NCBI GenBank assembly: GCA_963727775.1
Contig: CAVSHB010000001.1
Span: 352,001 to 416,000 of the forward strand
Source: an uncultured Nitrospiraceae bacterium
GTDB taxonomy: Bacteria; Nitrospirota; Thermodesulfovibrionia; Thermodesulfovibrionales; SM23-35
DNA length: 64,000 nt
Reading direction: 5' to 3'
Below are positions 40,201-53,395 of the stretch, piece by piece. A program made the position numbers and the translations under genes. Below the pieces are notes generated by a model. That model saw nothing but the letters and a program-made list of their open reading frames with translations, had not been told where the DNA came from and searched no databases. Positions within the stretch are counted from its first letter, which is position 1. Each line of letters opens with the position of its first letter.

Positions 40201-43200
40201 GCCGACGGCAATCTTACAATAGATAATGGTCTTCTGGTGCTTGATACTCCGGGTAACCATAACCACAACGTATATCTTTATTCAACGGGCGCATCAATCC
40301 TTGATGCACATGACCCGGGATTGGGTGACCCGCCAGGACACATCCTTGATATCCGCGCTAATAATCTCTTCATGCGGGCGGCGGTAAATATCGGAAGTTT
40401 CTCGCCTCTGAATCCGATTGAGGTTGATCTTGGCACGTACCCGGCCGATGCGAGTGCAGGAGTGGACAATGCGATCTATTATGGCTATGACGGCGGACCG
40501 GCTTTTGATATATTTGCAAACAATTTACACGGGGTAAACATATATGTCGGCGCATCGGGGAATATTACTGTTGGCACTATCGGAGATAATACAAACCCTC
40601 CATATCCAAATACAGTAAATGTAATAGTAGATGCAGGGAAAAATATCTACGACGACCTTGATGATAGAACGTGGATTACCTCCCAAAATATCAGTCTTTT
40701 CGCAGTAGGTTCGATCGGGCAGGACGGTAGCAGCGTCGGCACCGATTACCTCGGTAATTCTCATACCAATATAGCCGGCAACAGGGACATCAACGATACG
40801 GATGATATCGATATCCATCTGACGGCAAGCCATCTTACTCTTATGTCCGGTGGCGATATTTATGTGACCGACAACAGCGGCCTGTTGAAGATGAGCGATA
40901 TTACGTTTGTTAATAATTTGGCTCTGCCGACACCGATTTGGAGAGGCACTCCGATGGGTACGGTCAATAACATAGTTTTGGGAGAATCTGCCGGGAATAT
41001 TCTCGTTGATGCGACCGTCAATTTGATCGATGGAGGCAGCGGCGACAATTTAACTCTTGCGGCTACCAACCTTACAAGGACAAGCGGAAACATAACTGGT
41101 ACCGATGCTACGACAAAGGTTCTGGTTGACAATTCTTTATATCTCGTTGCCGACCAAGGTATCGGCAGTCTCGTTTCAGGCACAAACCCTCTATATGTAA
41201 GGGCTCGGCAGCTGTCAGCGTATAACTATTCCTCCGGGGATATCAACTTTGACCTGGAGCGTGATGCAGGTCTGTTAGAATCGGTGGAAATAACGGAACC
41301 GTTTACGGGAGCCGGATTTGGAATCCAGAACGACGCTGGAAACGTGAAAGTGGTTGGACCTTCTCTTTCAGTGCTCTCAAAGGTTGACACTGTTCTTGCC
41401 GGCGGTTCAATCGAACTGGATGCCATTAAAGGCAGCGACCTCTTAATTGATGCTCCTATTCTCTCCGGCGGAGGCGACGTTACCAATACCGCAACCGGGA
41501 ATATACAGATTACGAACAACGGCAAAATTACAACAGCCGGCGGTAAATACACGGGAACAGCGGACAGTGACAGTAACGGTGCAGGCTGGTTTCATATGAC
41601 AGACGGTGGCTTTATCGACACCACTGGCGCACCAGATAATACAATAACCATCAGCGCTGGTGAAGAAGTGATCCTTGGCGTATTAAAAGCAGGGACAAGC
41701 GATGTTAAGATTACATCAACCGGCAGCTATATATCTGACGGTGGAGATGGCAATGCCGTAAATAACATAAGCGCCAACAATCTGGAACTGCATGCGGACA
41801 ATGGGTATGTATTGATAGAAGGTATAGATGTAAATACCGTGACCGCAACCAACGTGGCCACGACAATTACGTTGAGTGATATCAATGGGATAACTCTTAC
41901 GAGTCTGACTACCAATAACGGAACCATCGATGTAAAAGCAGGCGGTCTTATGACCGCAACCAATGTGGTGGCGGGCGGTACAGGCGATATCAGCCTTGAA
42001 ACGACTGCCGGGAATATAGCTATAGGTACAGTCACTGCAATAGGAGATGCCGTAAGGTTGAAGGCGGGTGCCAATATTACCCAGGGTGCTGGTCCTGGTA
42101 TAACTGCCTCGAATCTTTATCTCGCAACAGTATTCGGTAGTGTTGGGGCTCTTGGTAACCCTTTATTAACAAATGTTAGTTCGATTGATGATTTGGGCCC
42201 TGCTGGTTCCGATAATGTCAGGGGTAATAATATTTATATTCAGGATTCTAAAGCCGTAGACATTGGAGGCATCAATGGGTTGAGTACCTGGGCATTTTCT
42301 AACGGTATTATCGACATAAGAGTAAATGGTGCAATGCGAGCTTCCAGTATTTTTGCAGGAGGTAACAGCGATATCTCCCTTACAACGACGGGCGGGATTC
42401 TACCTCTCATCCAGGTTGGAACTGTTACTGCAAACAATAATACTGTGACTATTGATTCGGCCAGTTCAATCGAGATGCTTAATGCCGGCAGCAAGATTAC
42501 CGCACAGAACCTGTATCTGGCTTCCAATTCAACAACAACTGTAAGAACGGATGTTGATTTCATTGACAATGTTGCGACAAAGAACGCGGCAGCGTCTACT
42601 CTCCTGATCGATGAAGACAGTGGAGCAACCCTCGGTTCAGTAAACGGACTTTCTACAAATAGCGGACCTATTACAGTAAATGCAGCTCTTAATGGTACGG
42701 GAACACTAACTGCAAGTTCTGTTACTTCCGGCGGAAACAATAATATTACTTTAACGACAACAGTCGCCAACAGCGATATCCTTGTTGGCAGTGTGAACGC
42801 AACGGGGGCTACCGTTGCAATTCTCTCTTCAGGCGCAATTGAACAAACCGGTGGAGGTGTCAACATCACTGCTGATTCTGCCCGTCTGGAAGCCAGGACA
42901 GGAATAGGAGATACAGGCGGAGCAATAGAGACACAAGTGTCCACGCTTGCTGCATTGAACACTACAAATGACATTATTATCGCGAATAATAATGTTGTAC
43001 CGGGTGCACTGGATATCAACACGGTCACAGCAGGCGGAACAACTACCGGGATAACCAATGGAATCGGAAATATAACGTTGGATAACTGGGGTGCGTTAAC
43101 AATATCCCAGCCGGTCAGTATAACAACAAGCGGCAGCATAAATTTGACGGCGCACAGCCCGATAAATGTGAATGCAAGTATTATAGCGCCGGGTGATATC

Positions 43201-46200
43201 ACCCTGACAGCGCTTGAAAATACCATTACGCCTGGAGCCGGAGATGACATAACAGTTGGAAACGGCGTGCTGACGCCTGTAATACGGTCTTCAGGGGGCA
43301 ATATCTTACTGCAGGCTGGTGACGACATTATCCAAAATACAGGGACGATCATCCAGACTTTGGGGCCAGCCAATACGATTACCCTCCACGCTGGAAATGA
43401 TGGGACAACTCCTGATAATGATGGACTTGGTGCAATTACTCAGAACGGCACAGCCCGTATTCTCTCTCAAAATGGGAATGTCACACTGACGGCACTGCAG
43501 AATATTTCGGTCAATGATGTGAATGCAGGGAATGCGCTATTGACTGTGACATCGACGACCGGTTCCATTGAGGAGACAATGCCTGGGGACGCGCAAGTGG
43601 ATCTGACAGCGGGTACCCTGGTTTTGAGCGCTGTGACCGGAATAGGGACAAACGCCGCTGCACCTATCGAAACAGCGGCCACGACGATTACTGCGAACAC
43701 AACGAACGGTAATATCAACCTCGCAAATACCAATACAGGTGCGACGACAGCTACCTCGCTGACGACAGGGACAGGGAACATAGACTTTGCCCAGCAGGGA
43801 GGCGGTGCCCTGACCGTGACGACTGCAACTACCACCGATGGATATATCAATATCGGGGTTACCCAGGGTGATTTAATAGCCGGATTAATAACTGCCGGTG
43901 GTGCTGGTAGAAATGTGACCTTAACGACCACTACCTCGGGCAATGTATTTGTGGATAATGTAACCGCAACCGGCGACAGGATAACGATAACCTCAGCAGG
44001 CGCTATAGAAGAAAATGGCAATGATCCTGGAGCTGATTTGACCGCAGATGAGCTTGTGCTTAATGCCCAGAGCGGGATTGGAAACCTCGGGACCATCGAG
44101 ACACTGGCAAATAAGCTTGACGCGGTGAATGTGAATAACAAGATTGATATTAAAAACTCCGGCGCATTGACGCTTGTTGATTTGAATGCGGACGGGTTCT
44201 CTGTGAAAAATACCAATGGAGCAACAAGCATCGTTGCGGCCTCTCCGCTGACGGTATCGTCTGATGTGATCAGCGGTTCTGACATCTTACTGGCTGCTAC
44301 AGAAAGTGCCGGTGCTGATGACCTTACGGTGAATGCGAATATTACTTCTACAGGTGGGAATATACTGCTGCAATCCGGAGACAATATCATCCAGGCGACA
44401 GGAACTACCATTCAGACTAATACAGCGGGAAAGACTATTCAATTGGTTGCCGCCTTTGGAGACACTGACAACATAGGTGGGATCACCCAGAACGGCACAG
44501 CCCAGATAGTTTCCAATAATGGGGATATCACGTTAACTGCCAGGGATACGATTTCCCTGCAGTATGTAAATGCCGGAAGTGCGCTTTTGACCGTGACATC
44601 GACGAACGCATCCATAGAGGAAACCACGAATGACGTTGCAGTTGATTTGACTGCCGGGACACTTGCGTTGAGTGCATCTACCGGAATCGGTACCACAGGA
44701 ACGGCGCCGATTGAGATAGCAGCGACGGCAATAACTGCGAACACGACGAACGGCAATATCAACCTTGCCAATACGAATGCAGCAGCAACGACAGCGACTT
44801 CGCTGACGACGGGGACAGGCAACATAATCTTCACACAGACTGGTGGAGGTTCACTGACGGTAACGACGGCAACAACCACAAGTGGTGACATAAGCATATC
44901 GACCATCACATCGGGCAACATCTTTGTTGATAATGTAAGCGCTCCTGGAAATATTGTTACCATTATCTCTGCCGGTTCCATAGAAGAGGCAACGCCTTTC
45001 GATCCCGGCGCCGACATCACAGCAAGTTCTGCGAGGCTGGTAGCAGTGAACGGGATAGGAGATCAAGGCACAATAGAGACGGCCGTATCTACCCTTGCGG
45101 TATCGAATACGACCAATGACATAAGACTTCAGAACAACAGCATTGGATCACCGGGTGCACTGGACATCAACACAGTCACAACATTAGTAGGTCCAGTGGG
45201 TCCCACTTCAGGGATCACCAATGTGACAGGGAACATAATCTTAGATAACTACGGCGCATTAACGATATCCCAGCCGGTAGCTGTAACAACGAACGGTTAC
45301 ATACAGCTGACGGCCCACAGTCCGATGAATGTTAACAATAATGTTACAGCGCCGGGGGATATCACCCTGACGGCTTTGGAAGTTACTCCCGCTGTTCCGA
45401 ATGTAGATAACCTGACGATAGGCAATAGTGCGCTGATTAGGTCAACAGGCGGAAATATATTGCTGCAGGCTGGGGACAATATAGTCCAGAACACTGGAAC
45501 ATTAATCAATACAACGGTCGCGGGAAAGACGATCACTTTAACCGCCGCATATAATGACAATGACAGCAACGGTGGAATCACCCAGAACGGCACGGCTCAG
45601 ATAGTTTCCAACAATGGAAATATAACTTTAACCGCGCACGATACTATTTCAGTGATGTACGTAAACGCTGGAAATGCAGTGCTGACAGCGACTTCAACGA
45701 ACGGTTCGATCGAGGAAACGACGAATGACCCTGCGGCTGATTTGATCGCAGGGACGATAATTTTGCAAGCTGCAACCGGCGTGGGTACACTGGGTACGCT
45801 GGAGATTACAGGTACGAATATTTCGATAGACAGCAGTGGATCAGGAGCAATCGATGTATTGAGTCTGGCGATAAATCCTGTGGTTGTGTCGAGCCTGACT
45901 ACGGGGACACCGGGCGGAGGGATCGAAAACGGACCGATTACGTTTGCACAGACGGGGAACCAACCCTTAACAGTTCAGAATGCTTCTACTCAGCAAGGAA
46001 ATATAGTTGTAACCAACACTGGCGCAAATCTCACTATCGGCACAATGACGGCCGGAGCCGATCCGGGAAGCACGGCCAGTAATGTTGTCTTAACAACGCT
46101 TACAAGCGGTGACGTATATGTAGACAATGTGACCGCTGCAGGCGACAGAATAACGATAACATCAGCAGGCGCGATAGAGGAGACGCCTGTCGATACAACA

Positions 46201-49200
46201 GCTGATTTGACTGCATACGAGCTTGTGCTGAATGCGCAGACGGGTATCGGGAACCTCAACACCCTTGAGACACAGGCGAGCAGGCTTGATGCGGTGAATG
46301 TCAATAACAAGATAGATATCAAAAACTTCGGCGCATTGACGCTCATTGATTTGAATGCGGACGGGTTCTCTGTGAAAAATACCAATGGAGCGACAACCAT
46401 CGTGGCGACATCTCCGCTGACGGTGGCGTCTGATGTGATCAGCGGGTCTGATATCCTGTTAGCTGCTATGGAAAATAACGGCGCAGGAGACGATCTTTCA
46501 GTTAATGCGAATATTACTTCAACAGGCGGAAACATACTGCTGATGGCAGGTGATAACATCACCCAAGCAACATTGACGACAATTCAGACAAATACTGCCG
46601 GGAAGACAATACAATTGATCGCCGCATCCGGAGATACGGACAATATCGGCGGAATTACCCAGAACGGGACTGCATTGATTCAGTCGAACAATGGAGCGAT
46701 TACACTGACCGCTCGTGATACGATTTCTCTGATGAATGTGATTGCCGGAACATCGAGTATTACAGTGACATCGACAAATGCGTCTATCGAGGAAACGACA
46801 AACGATGCAGCTGCGGATTTGACTGCCTCCACATTGGTCCTCAAGGCTGCAACCGGAATTGGAACTACCGGAACTGCACCGATCGAAACAGCGGCAACTA
46901 CAATATCCGCGGACACCACGAACGGGAATATTAACCTGGCCAATACCAATGCTGCAGCTACGACTGCGACTTCACTGACTACCGGCACAGGCAACATACT
47001 GTTCAGCCAGGCGGGCGGCGGACCGCTGACCGTGAACACAGCGACAACCGGCATAGGTAATATCGGGATCAGTGTTACCGGAGCGGACCTGACAGCGCTG
47101 GTAGTATCTGCCGGGACTGTGGGTGGTGGAGTTGGAAACGGAAACGTAACTCTGACAACTACCGGCTCGGGTAATATTTTTGTTGACAACATTACCGCTT
47201 TGTCGGACACGATAACAATTAATTCGGTAGGGGCGATCGAGGAACTGCTGCCCGGTGACGCAGCTGTTGATCTGTCGGCGGGCGCGTTGGTCCTAACCGC
47301 GGTTACGGGCATCGGTACGAATGCAGCTGCGCCGATTGAGATAGCAGCTTCGACAATAACTGCTAACACGACGAACGGCAATATCAACCTCGCAAATACC
47401 AATGGGGGAGCGACAACAGCGACCTCAATAACGACAGGTGTCGGCAATATTATCCTCACGCAGAATGGCGGAGGACCATTGACAGTAACGAATGCGGTAA
47501 CCGGATCCGGATATGTCAGCATCGGGGTAACTCAGGGCGACTTAATAGCCGGTACCATAACCGCAGGCGGGAACAATCCGGTTAATCTGATGACTACCAC
47601 ATCAGGCAATATTTTAGTGGATAATGTAACTGCAGCCTCAAATATCGTTACTATTATCTCCGCCGGTTCTATCGAGGAATTGGGAGCCGATGCTGGCGCG
47701 GATGTTACGGCTAGCTCTGCTCGGCTTGTAGCGGTCAATGGAATAGGTTCGTTAGGTACAATAGAGACAGCGTTGTCCAACCTTGCGGCATCGAACACTC
47801 TACATGATATTAACCTTGCGAATACGGGCGCGCTGAATATCACGACAGTGGCAACAGCAGCAACCCCGGGGCCGGCGGGTTCTACTTCCGGAATAACCAA
47901 TGGAACAGGGAATATAATTGTAGATAATATCGGTGCGATAACAATATCCCAGCCGGTTCTTGTAACAACAAGCGGCAACATAAATATCACTGCACACAGC
48001 CCGATAACTGTGCTTGCAAATGTCACTGCACCTGGAGACATCACCCTGACGGCTTTGGAAACGACTCCAGCGGCTGCAGGAGACAATCTGACGATAGGGG
48101 ATGGAGTTGCGACTCCGACTATTCAGTCAACTGGCGGAAACATCCTTTTACAGGCAGGGGACAACATTGTTCAGAATTTAGGGACTACGATCCAGACGAC
48201 CGGCGCAGGAAAGACGATCACTTTAACCGCCGCATACAATGACAACGACAACAGCGGCGGGATCACCCAGAACGACACAGCACAGATAGTTTCCAACAAT
48301 GGAAACATTACCTTAAATGCCAGAGATACGATTTCTCTGCAATCTGTAAATGCAGGCACTGCGCTCTTAACAGTAACATCGACAAACGCATCCATAGAGG
48401 AAACCACGAATGACGTTACAGTTGATCTGACTGCTGGCACATTGGTTCTGAAGGCTGTCACCGGAATAGGAACCACTGCTACCGCTCCTATAGAGATAGC
48501 GGCTACTACGATTAGCGCGGATACGACAGGTGGAAACATTAATCTTGCCAATACCAATACAGTAGCCACTACTGCAACTTCGCTGACGACAGGTACCGGA
48601 GACATCAATTTCACACAGACAGGCGGCGGTCCACTGACAGTCACAAACGCGGTGACCACTGTTGGGAATATCAACATAGGGGTAACCGGGGCTGATTTAA
48701 CAGCTGTAACCGTAACTGCGGGAGGTAGCGGTAAGAATGTGACCTTAACAACAATTACATCCGGCAACGTATTGGTGGATAATGTGACTGCCGATGGAGA
48801 CCAGATAACAATTACATCAGCCGGTTCCATAGAAGAAGTGTTGCCGGGTGATGCGGCAGTGGATCTGACTGCTGCGGTATTGAACTTGAACGCTGTGAGC
48901 GGAATCGGTACGAACGCAGCCGCGCCGATTGAAACAGCAGCGACGACGATAACTGCTAATACTACGAATGGCAACATTGGTCTTGCCAATGCCAATGCTG
49001 CAGCAACGACAGCAACCTCACTTACTACAGGAACAGGGAACATCCTGTTCACACAAGTAGGTGGCGGTCCTTTGACAGTAACTAATGCAACGACCACAAA
49101 TGGAAATATTCTTATATTCTCCGACGCTACAATGACGGCAACGAGTGTAATAGCAGGAGGACCCGGCACGTATATAGTTTTGTCGGCAACCTCTGGAGAT

Positions 49201-52200
49201 TTACTCGTTGGGGATGTGGAGGATGCGGGCAACTATGTCAAATTAGCGGCAGCCGGAGCGGTAGTAGATAATAAAGCTGGGAATAATGTGATAGCGAACA
49301 CTCTGGCTATAGACGCAGGCACAGGTATCGGCAGTGGAGACGCATTGGAGACACAGGTGACGAACCTCGCGGCGAGGGTAACGACAGGGAACGGTAATAT
49401 AGAGGTAGCCAACACAGGGAACCTTTACCTTGTAGATGCAGCAGGCTGGGGTTATGCGGTACAGAACTTCGGGACAGGAGGGATTAACCTAAGTGCGGCC
49501 TCTGACGTAGTGGTAATATCTCCTGTAATATCCCATGGTGGGGCAGTAGTCCTGAATGCGACCACAGGGTCTATTAATCAGGTACTTGGCGGAAATATAC
49601 TGACTAACGGAGGTTCGTATACAGGCACAGCGTCAGGCAGTTACTGGATGGCGGATGGATCAGTTGTCAATACATGCAATGGCGCAATAACCGTCACTGC
49701 AGGTGGAGACATAACAATCGGACAACTTATCACCGCCGATACCGTTCACCTGACTGCCGGTGGAGCAATATTTGACGGAGATACCTGTGGGGGTTCATGT
49801 AGTTCTGAAGACATTCTGGCAGATACAGCTATATTGTCGGCAGGAACAGGTATCGGAAACGGCAATCCGATTGAGATTAAGGTAAATAACCTGACAGCTA
49901 CAACCCTTACAGGACTGATCAACATCAACACGAGAGGTGCAATAACGCTAACCGATCTTGAGACCACCGGTAGTGGAGATATCCTTTTCACCTCCAGCGG
50001 AACGATAACAGCCACGAAGGTGATCGCCACAGGAGGAAACATCGCATTAAATACAACATCCGGAGATATCATTGCCGGTGATATTGAGGCAGTGGGCAAT
50101 GTTATCATGTTAACGGCAGCTGGGGCCGTAAGCAGCGGACCGGCGAACAACATTAAGGCGACAACACTCGTGATAGATGCAGGCACAGGTATCGGCAGTG
50201 GAAATGCTTTAAAGACACAAGTGGCGAACCTTGCAGCAAGGGTAACAACAGGGAACGGTAATATAGAGGTGGCCAATACAGGTAATCTTTACCTTGTTGA
50301 TGCAGCAGGCTGGAGTTATGCAGTACAGAACTTCGGGACAGGAGGTATCAATATCAGCGCGGCTTCTGACGTAGCGGTAATCTCTCCTGTGATATCCCAT
50401 GGTGGGGCGGTAGTTCTGAATGCGACCACGGGGTCTATTATTCAGGTACTTGGCGGAAATATACTGACTAACGGAGGTTCGTATACAGGCACAGCGTCAG
50501 GCAATTACTGGATGGCAGACGGAGCCGTTGTTAATACAGGCAATGGCTCTCTAAAGGTTAATGCGGGTGGTGATATAACAATCGGACAGTTAATTGCCAC
50601 TGAGATCGCTCAGATTACATCGGGTGGAGCCATTATTAATGGTGGGAATACGGGCGGAGAAAACATCCAGACTGAGACAGCCATATTGTCGGCAAATACA
50701 GGGATCGGGAACGGCAATCCTATAGAGACCAATGTAAATGACCTGACAGCTACAACGGTTGCCGGGCCGATTAATATCAATGAGACAGACGCAATAAGAC
50801 TGGTGGATATTGAGACCGGTAACGGAAACATTGCAATAACATCCGGCAACACAATGACAGCCACAAAGGTAATAGGGGCAGGAAGCGGGGCGTTTATTTC
50901 ACTATCAACCGCTGGAGACTTACTGGCCGGAGATATAGAGGCAGTAGGCGGCTATGTCAAGTTAGCGGCTGCAGGAGCTGTGATCGACAATAACGGGGAT
51001 TTGAATAATGTGATAGCGAATACTCTGGCTATAGACGCAGGCACAGGTATCGGCAGTGGAGGCGCATTGGAGACACAGGTAACGAACCTTGCAGCAAGGG
51101 TAACAACAGGGAACGGTAACATAGAGGTAGCCAACACAGGGAACCTTTACCTTGTTGATGCCGCAGGCTGGGGTTATGCGGTACAGAACTTTGGGACGGG
51201 AGGTATCAATATCAGCGCAGCCTCTGACGTAGTGGTAATATCTCCTGTAATATCCCATGGTGGGGCAGTAGTCCTGAATGCGACCGCGGGGTCTATTATT
51301 CAGGTACCTGGCGGAAATATACTGACTAACGGAGGTTCGTATACAGGCACAGCGTCAGGTGTTTACTGGATGGCTGACGGAGCGATTGTAGATACAGGCA
51401 GCGGCGTCCTGACTGTCAATGCAGGTGGTAATATGACCGTTAATCAGTTTACGACTACCGGTATAATATTGCTGAATTCAGGCGGAGATATTTTTGTCGG
51501 AGATATAGAGGCAGTAGGCGGCTATGTCAAGTTAGCGGCTACAGGAGCTGTGATCGACAATAACGGGGATTTGAATAATGTGATAGCGAATACTCTGGCT
51601 ATAGACGCAGGCACAGGTATCGGCAGTGGAGGCGCATTGGAGACACAGGTAACGAACCTTGCAGCAAGGGTAACAACAGGGAACGGTAACATAGAGGTAG
51701 CCAACACAGGGAACCTTTACCTTGTTGATGCCGCAGGCTGGGGTTATGCGGTACAGAACTTTGGGACGGGAGGTATCAATATCAGCGCAGCCTCTGACGT
51801 AGTGGTAATATCTCCTGTAATATCCCATGGTGGGGCAGTAGTCCTGAATGCGACCGCGGGGTCTATTATTCAGGTACCTGGCGGAAATATACTGACTAAC
51901 GGAGGTTCGTATACAGGCACAGCGTCAGGTGTTTACTGGATGGCTGACGGAGCGATTGTAGATACAGGCAGCGGCGTCCTGACTGTCAATGCAGGTGGTA
52001 ATATGACCGTTAATCAGTTTACGAGTACCGGTGTAATATTGCTGAATTCCGGTGGAGCTATCCTAAATGGGAGAACCGGTGGAGGAGTTAACATTAAGGC
52101 AGACACAGCAGGGTTGTCGGCTGTTACAGGCATCGGGGTTGGAAACGCCATAAGGACACATGTAAACCATATATCTTCAACAACAATAACGGGGCCGATA

Positions 52201-52557
52201 AATATCATTGAAGTAGACGACCCTTCCATTGGAGCTTTGGACAATAAGGTTGATAAAAGCACAATGAATATTGATAAGAATAATGATAATATTTCCGCTT
52301 CAAGCTCTCAAATCTGGCGGTTTAACGGCAGGACCTGGGAGCAAAATGAGCTTGATGCGCAAATCGCAGAGGCAGGAAACCCCGAGGAAATTTTCAGGGC
52401 TGTGACCCCTGACCTTAAGATCGAAACTCGTGAATTTACCAAATATGCAGTTGTGCTTTTCGAACCGGTTACTGATGCAAAGATAAGTGAATCCCTTGAT
52501 CAGGATGATTTCAGCGCCCAGATGAAGAAAAAGTGGTGGAGGTTTATTGCCCGATAA
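34286..52557 (+). CDS. Giant filamentous-haemagglutinin-like TpsA exoprotein (~6,090 aa), split by a one-base frameshift at 36035-36040
   Basis: RBS AGGAGG; signal peptide ending 'ALAHA|LPQGG'; TPS domain 'INWQGFSI', 'FLVNPNGIYFG'; the second frame is open from 36040 (GAT CCT CTA ACT...) to 52557; G/T/A/N/I-rich beta-helix repeats. Confidence 0.88.
37594..39282 (+). repeat. Five tandem ~342-bp (114-aa) coding repeats in TpsA
   Basis: Units start at 37594, 37936, 38278 and 38620 (342-bp period; first three near-identical, fourth shortened to 321 bp) and 38941 (diverged). Confidence 0.92.
50929..52049 (+). repeat. Near-perfect 570-bp (190-aa) tandem duplication near the TpsA C-terminus
   Basis: 'ggagatatagaggcagtaggcggctatgtcaag' at 50929 and 51499; related diverged copies at about 49210 and 50080. 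Confidence 0.92.
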
Positions 52558-52648
52558 TGGGCTTGATTAAATAAAGAATTATTAGATATCATAATATTTC
52601 GCTTTGCATGGAAATACTTCAATAAAATAATTAAGGAGGATCGACAGG

Positions 52649-53080
52649 ATGAAGCATCATTTCGTAAAAGTAGTCGCAATTTTGATTGGGGTTTTGTTAA
52701 CAACCGGATTTTGTGCTGCAATTGTGCAAGCGCAGGAAGGACAGCAGCAACAGCAGGCGGGCAAGACAATCTTTGATTATAAGGCTGAGCTGAATCTGAC
52801 TGACGATCAGGTGAAAAAGATAAAAGATAGTTTAGCTGACCTGGATAAAGAGGTAAGAGTTTTCAGGGCTAGATTGACCCTTATTGATGTTGATTTACAG
52901 AAGCTTATGGAGAAAGACGGCGATATGAACGAGATAAAGAAAAAGGTCAATGAGGCATATGAAATCCAGGCGTCTATAAAGATTGCCGACCTTGAGGCTG
53001 CAAGGAAAATAAACGGGGTTTTGAAACCTGAGCAACTCAGAAAATGGAGAGAGATTCAGGCTAAAGCGTCAGGTAAATAA
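52649..53080 (+). CDS. Spy/CpxP-like periplasmic helical protein
   Basis: RBS AGGAGG; signal peptide; LTxxQ motifs 'LNLTDDQ' and 'LKPEQ'. Confidence 0.78.
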   Translation: MKHHFVKVVAILIGVLLTTGFCAAIVQAQEGQQQQQAGKTIFDYKAELNLTDDQVKKIKDSLADLDKEVRVFRARLTLIDVDLQKLMEKDGDMNEIKKKVNEAYEIQASIKIADLEAARKINGVLKPEQLRKWREIQAKASGK

Positions 53081-53104
53081 TTTTCTTCGAATAAAAGTCT
53101 TTAG

Positions 53105-53151
53105 AATAAAACCCCTGCAGCATTGCGAGCATTGCGGCGGGGGTTTTTATT
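53105..53151 (+). terminator. Intrinsic terminator ending the TPS locus
   Basis: AATAAAACCCCTGC...GCGGGGGTTTTTATT. Confidence 0.7.
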
Positions 53152-53155
53152 GCCC

Positions 53156-53287
53156 TCAGCTGTGTTTAAGAGGGGAAAACCTCGAAGGTACTTTTTCCAT
53201 GTAGGATATGTAAATCTTGCCGAAATGATTCAGCAGTTCTCTCTCTTCTAAAGGAATGATTAAAGTATTGACTGTTATGAAATCCAA
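53156..53287 (-). pseudogene. C-terminal remnant of an isoprenylcysteine carboxyl methyltransferase (ICMT/PEMT)-like gene
   Basis: Frame reads FITVNTLIIPLEERELLNHFGKIYISYMEKVPSRF, matching the 'EE..L...FG..Y..Y...VP.RF' signature; an in-frame TAA lies just upstream. Confidence 0.65.
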
Positions 53288-53395
53288 TTAACTTGCTCAT
53301 GCATAAAAGACTATCATGCGCAAATGCAATGTCAATATTATCACTGGAGTAATAAGTTCACGTTTAGAGGCGGATTTGATAACATAATTTAATAT

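Noticed and set aside
36225..52262. Many long minus-strand ORFs (up to 415 aa) opposite TpsA
   Set aside because: Antisense shadows caused by the biased codon usage of the repeat protein; no RBS or recognisable motifs
52200..53080. CDI toxin/immunity pair (CdiA-CT plus CdiI)
   Set aside because: No VENN or pretoxin motif or recognisable nuclease domain; the downstream protein has a signal peptide and LTxxQ motifs, unlike a cytoplasmic immunity protein
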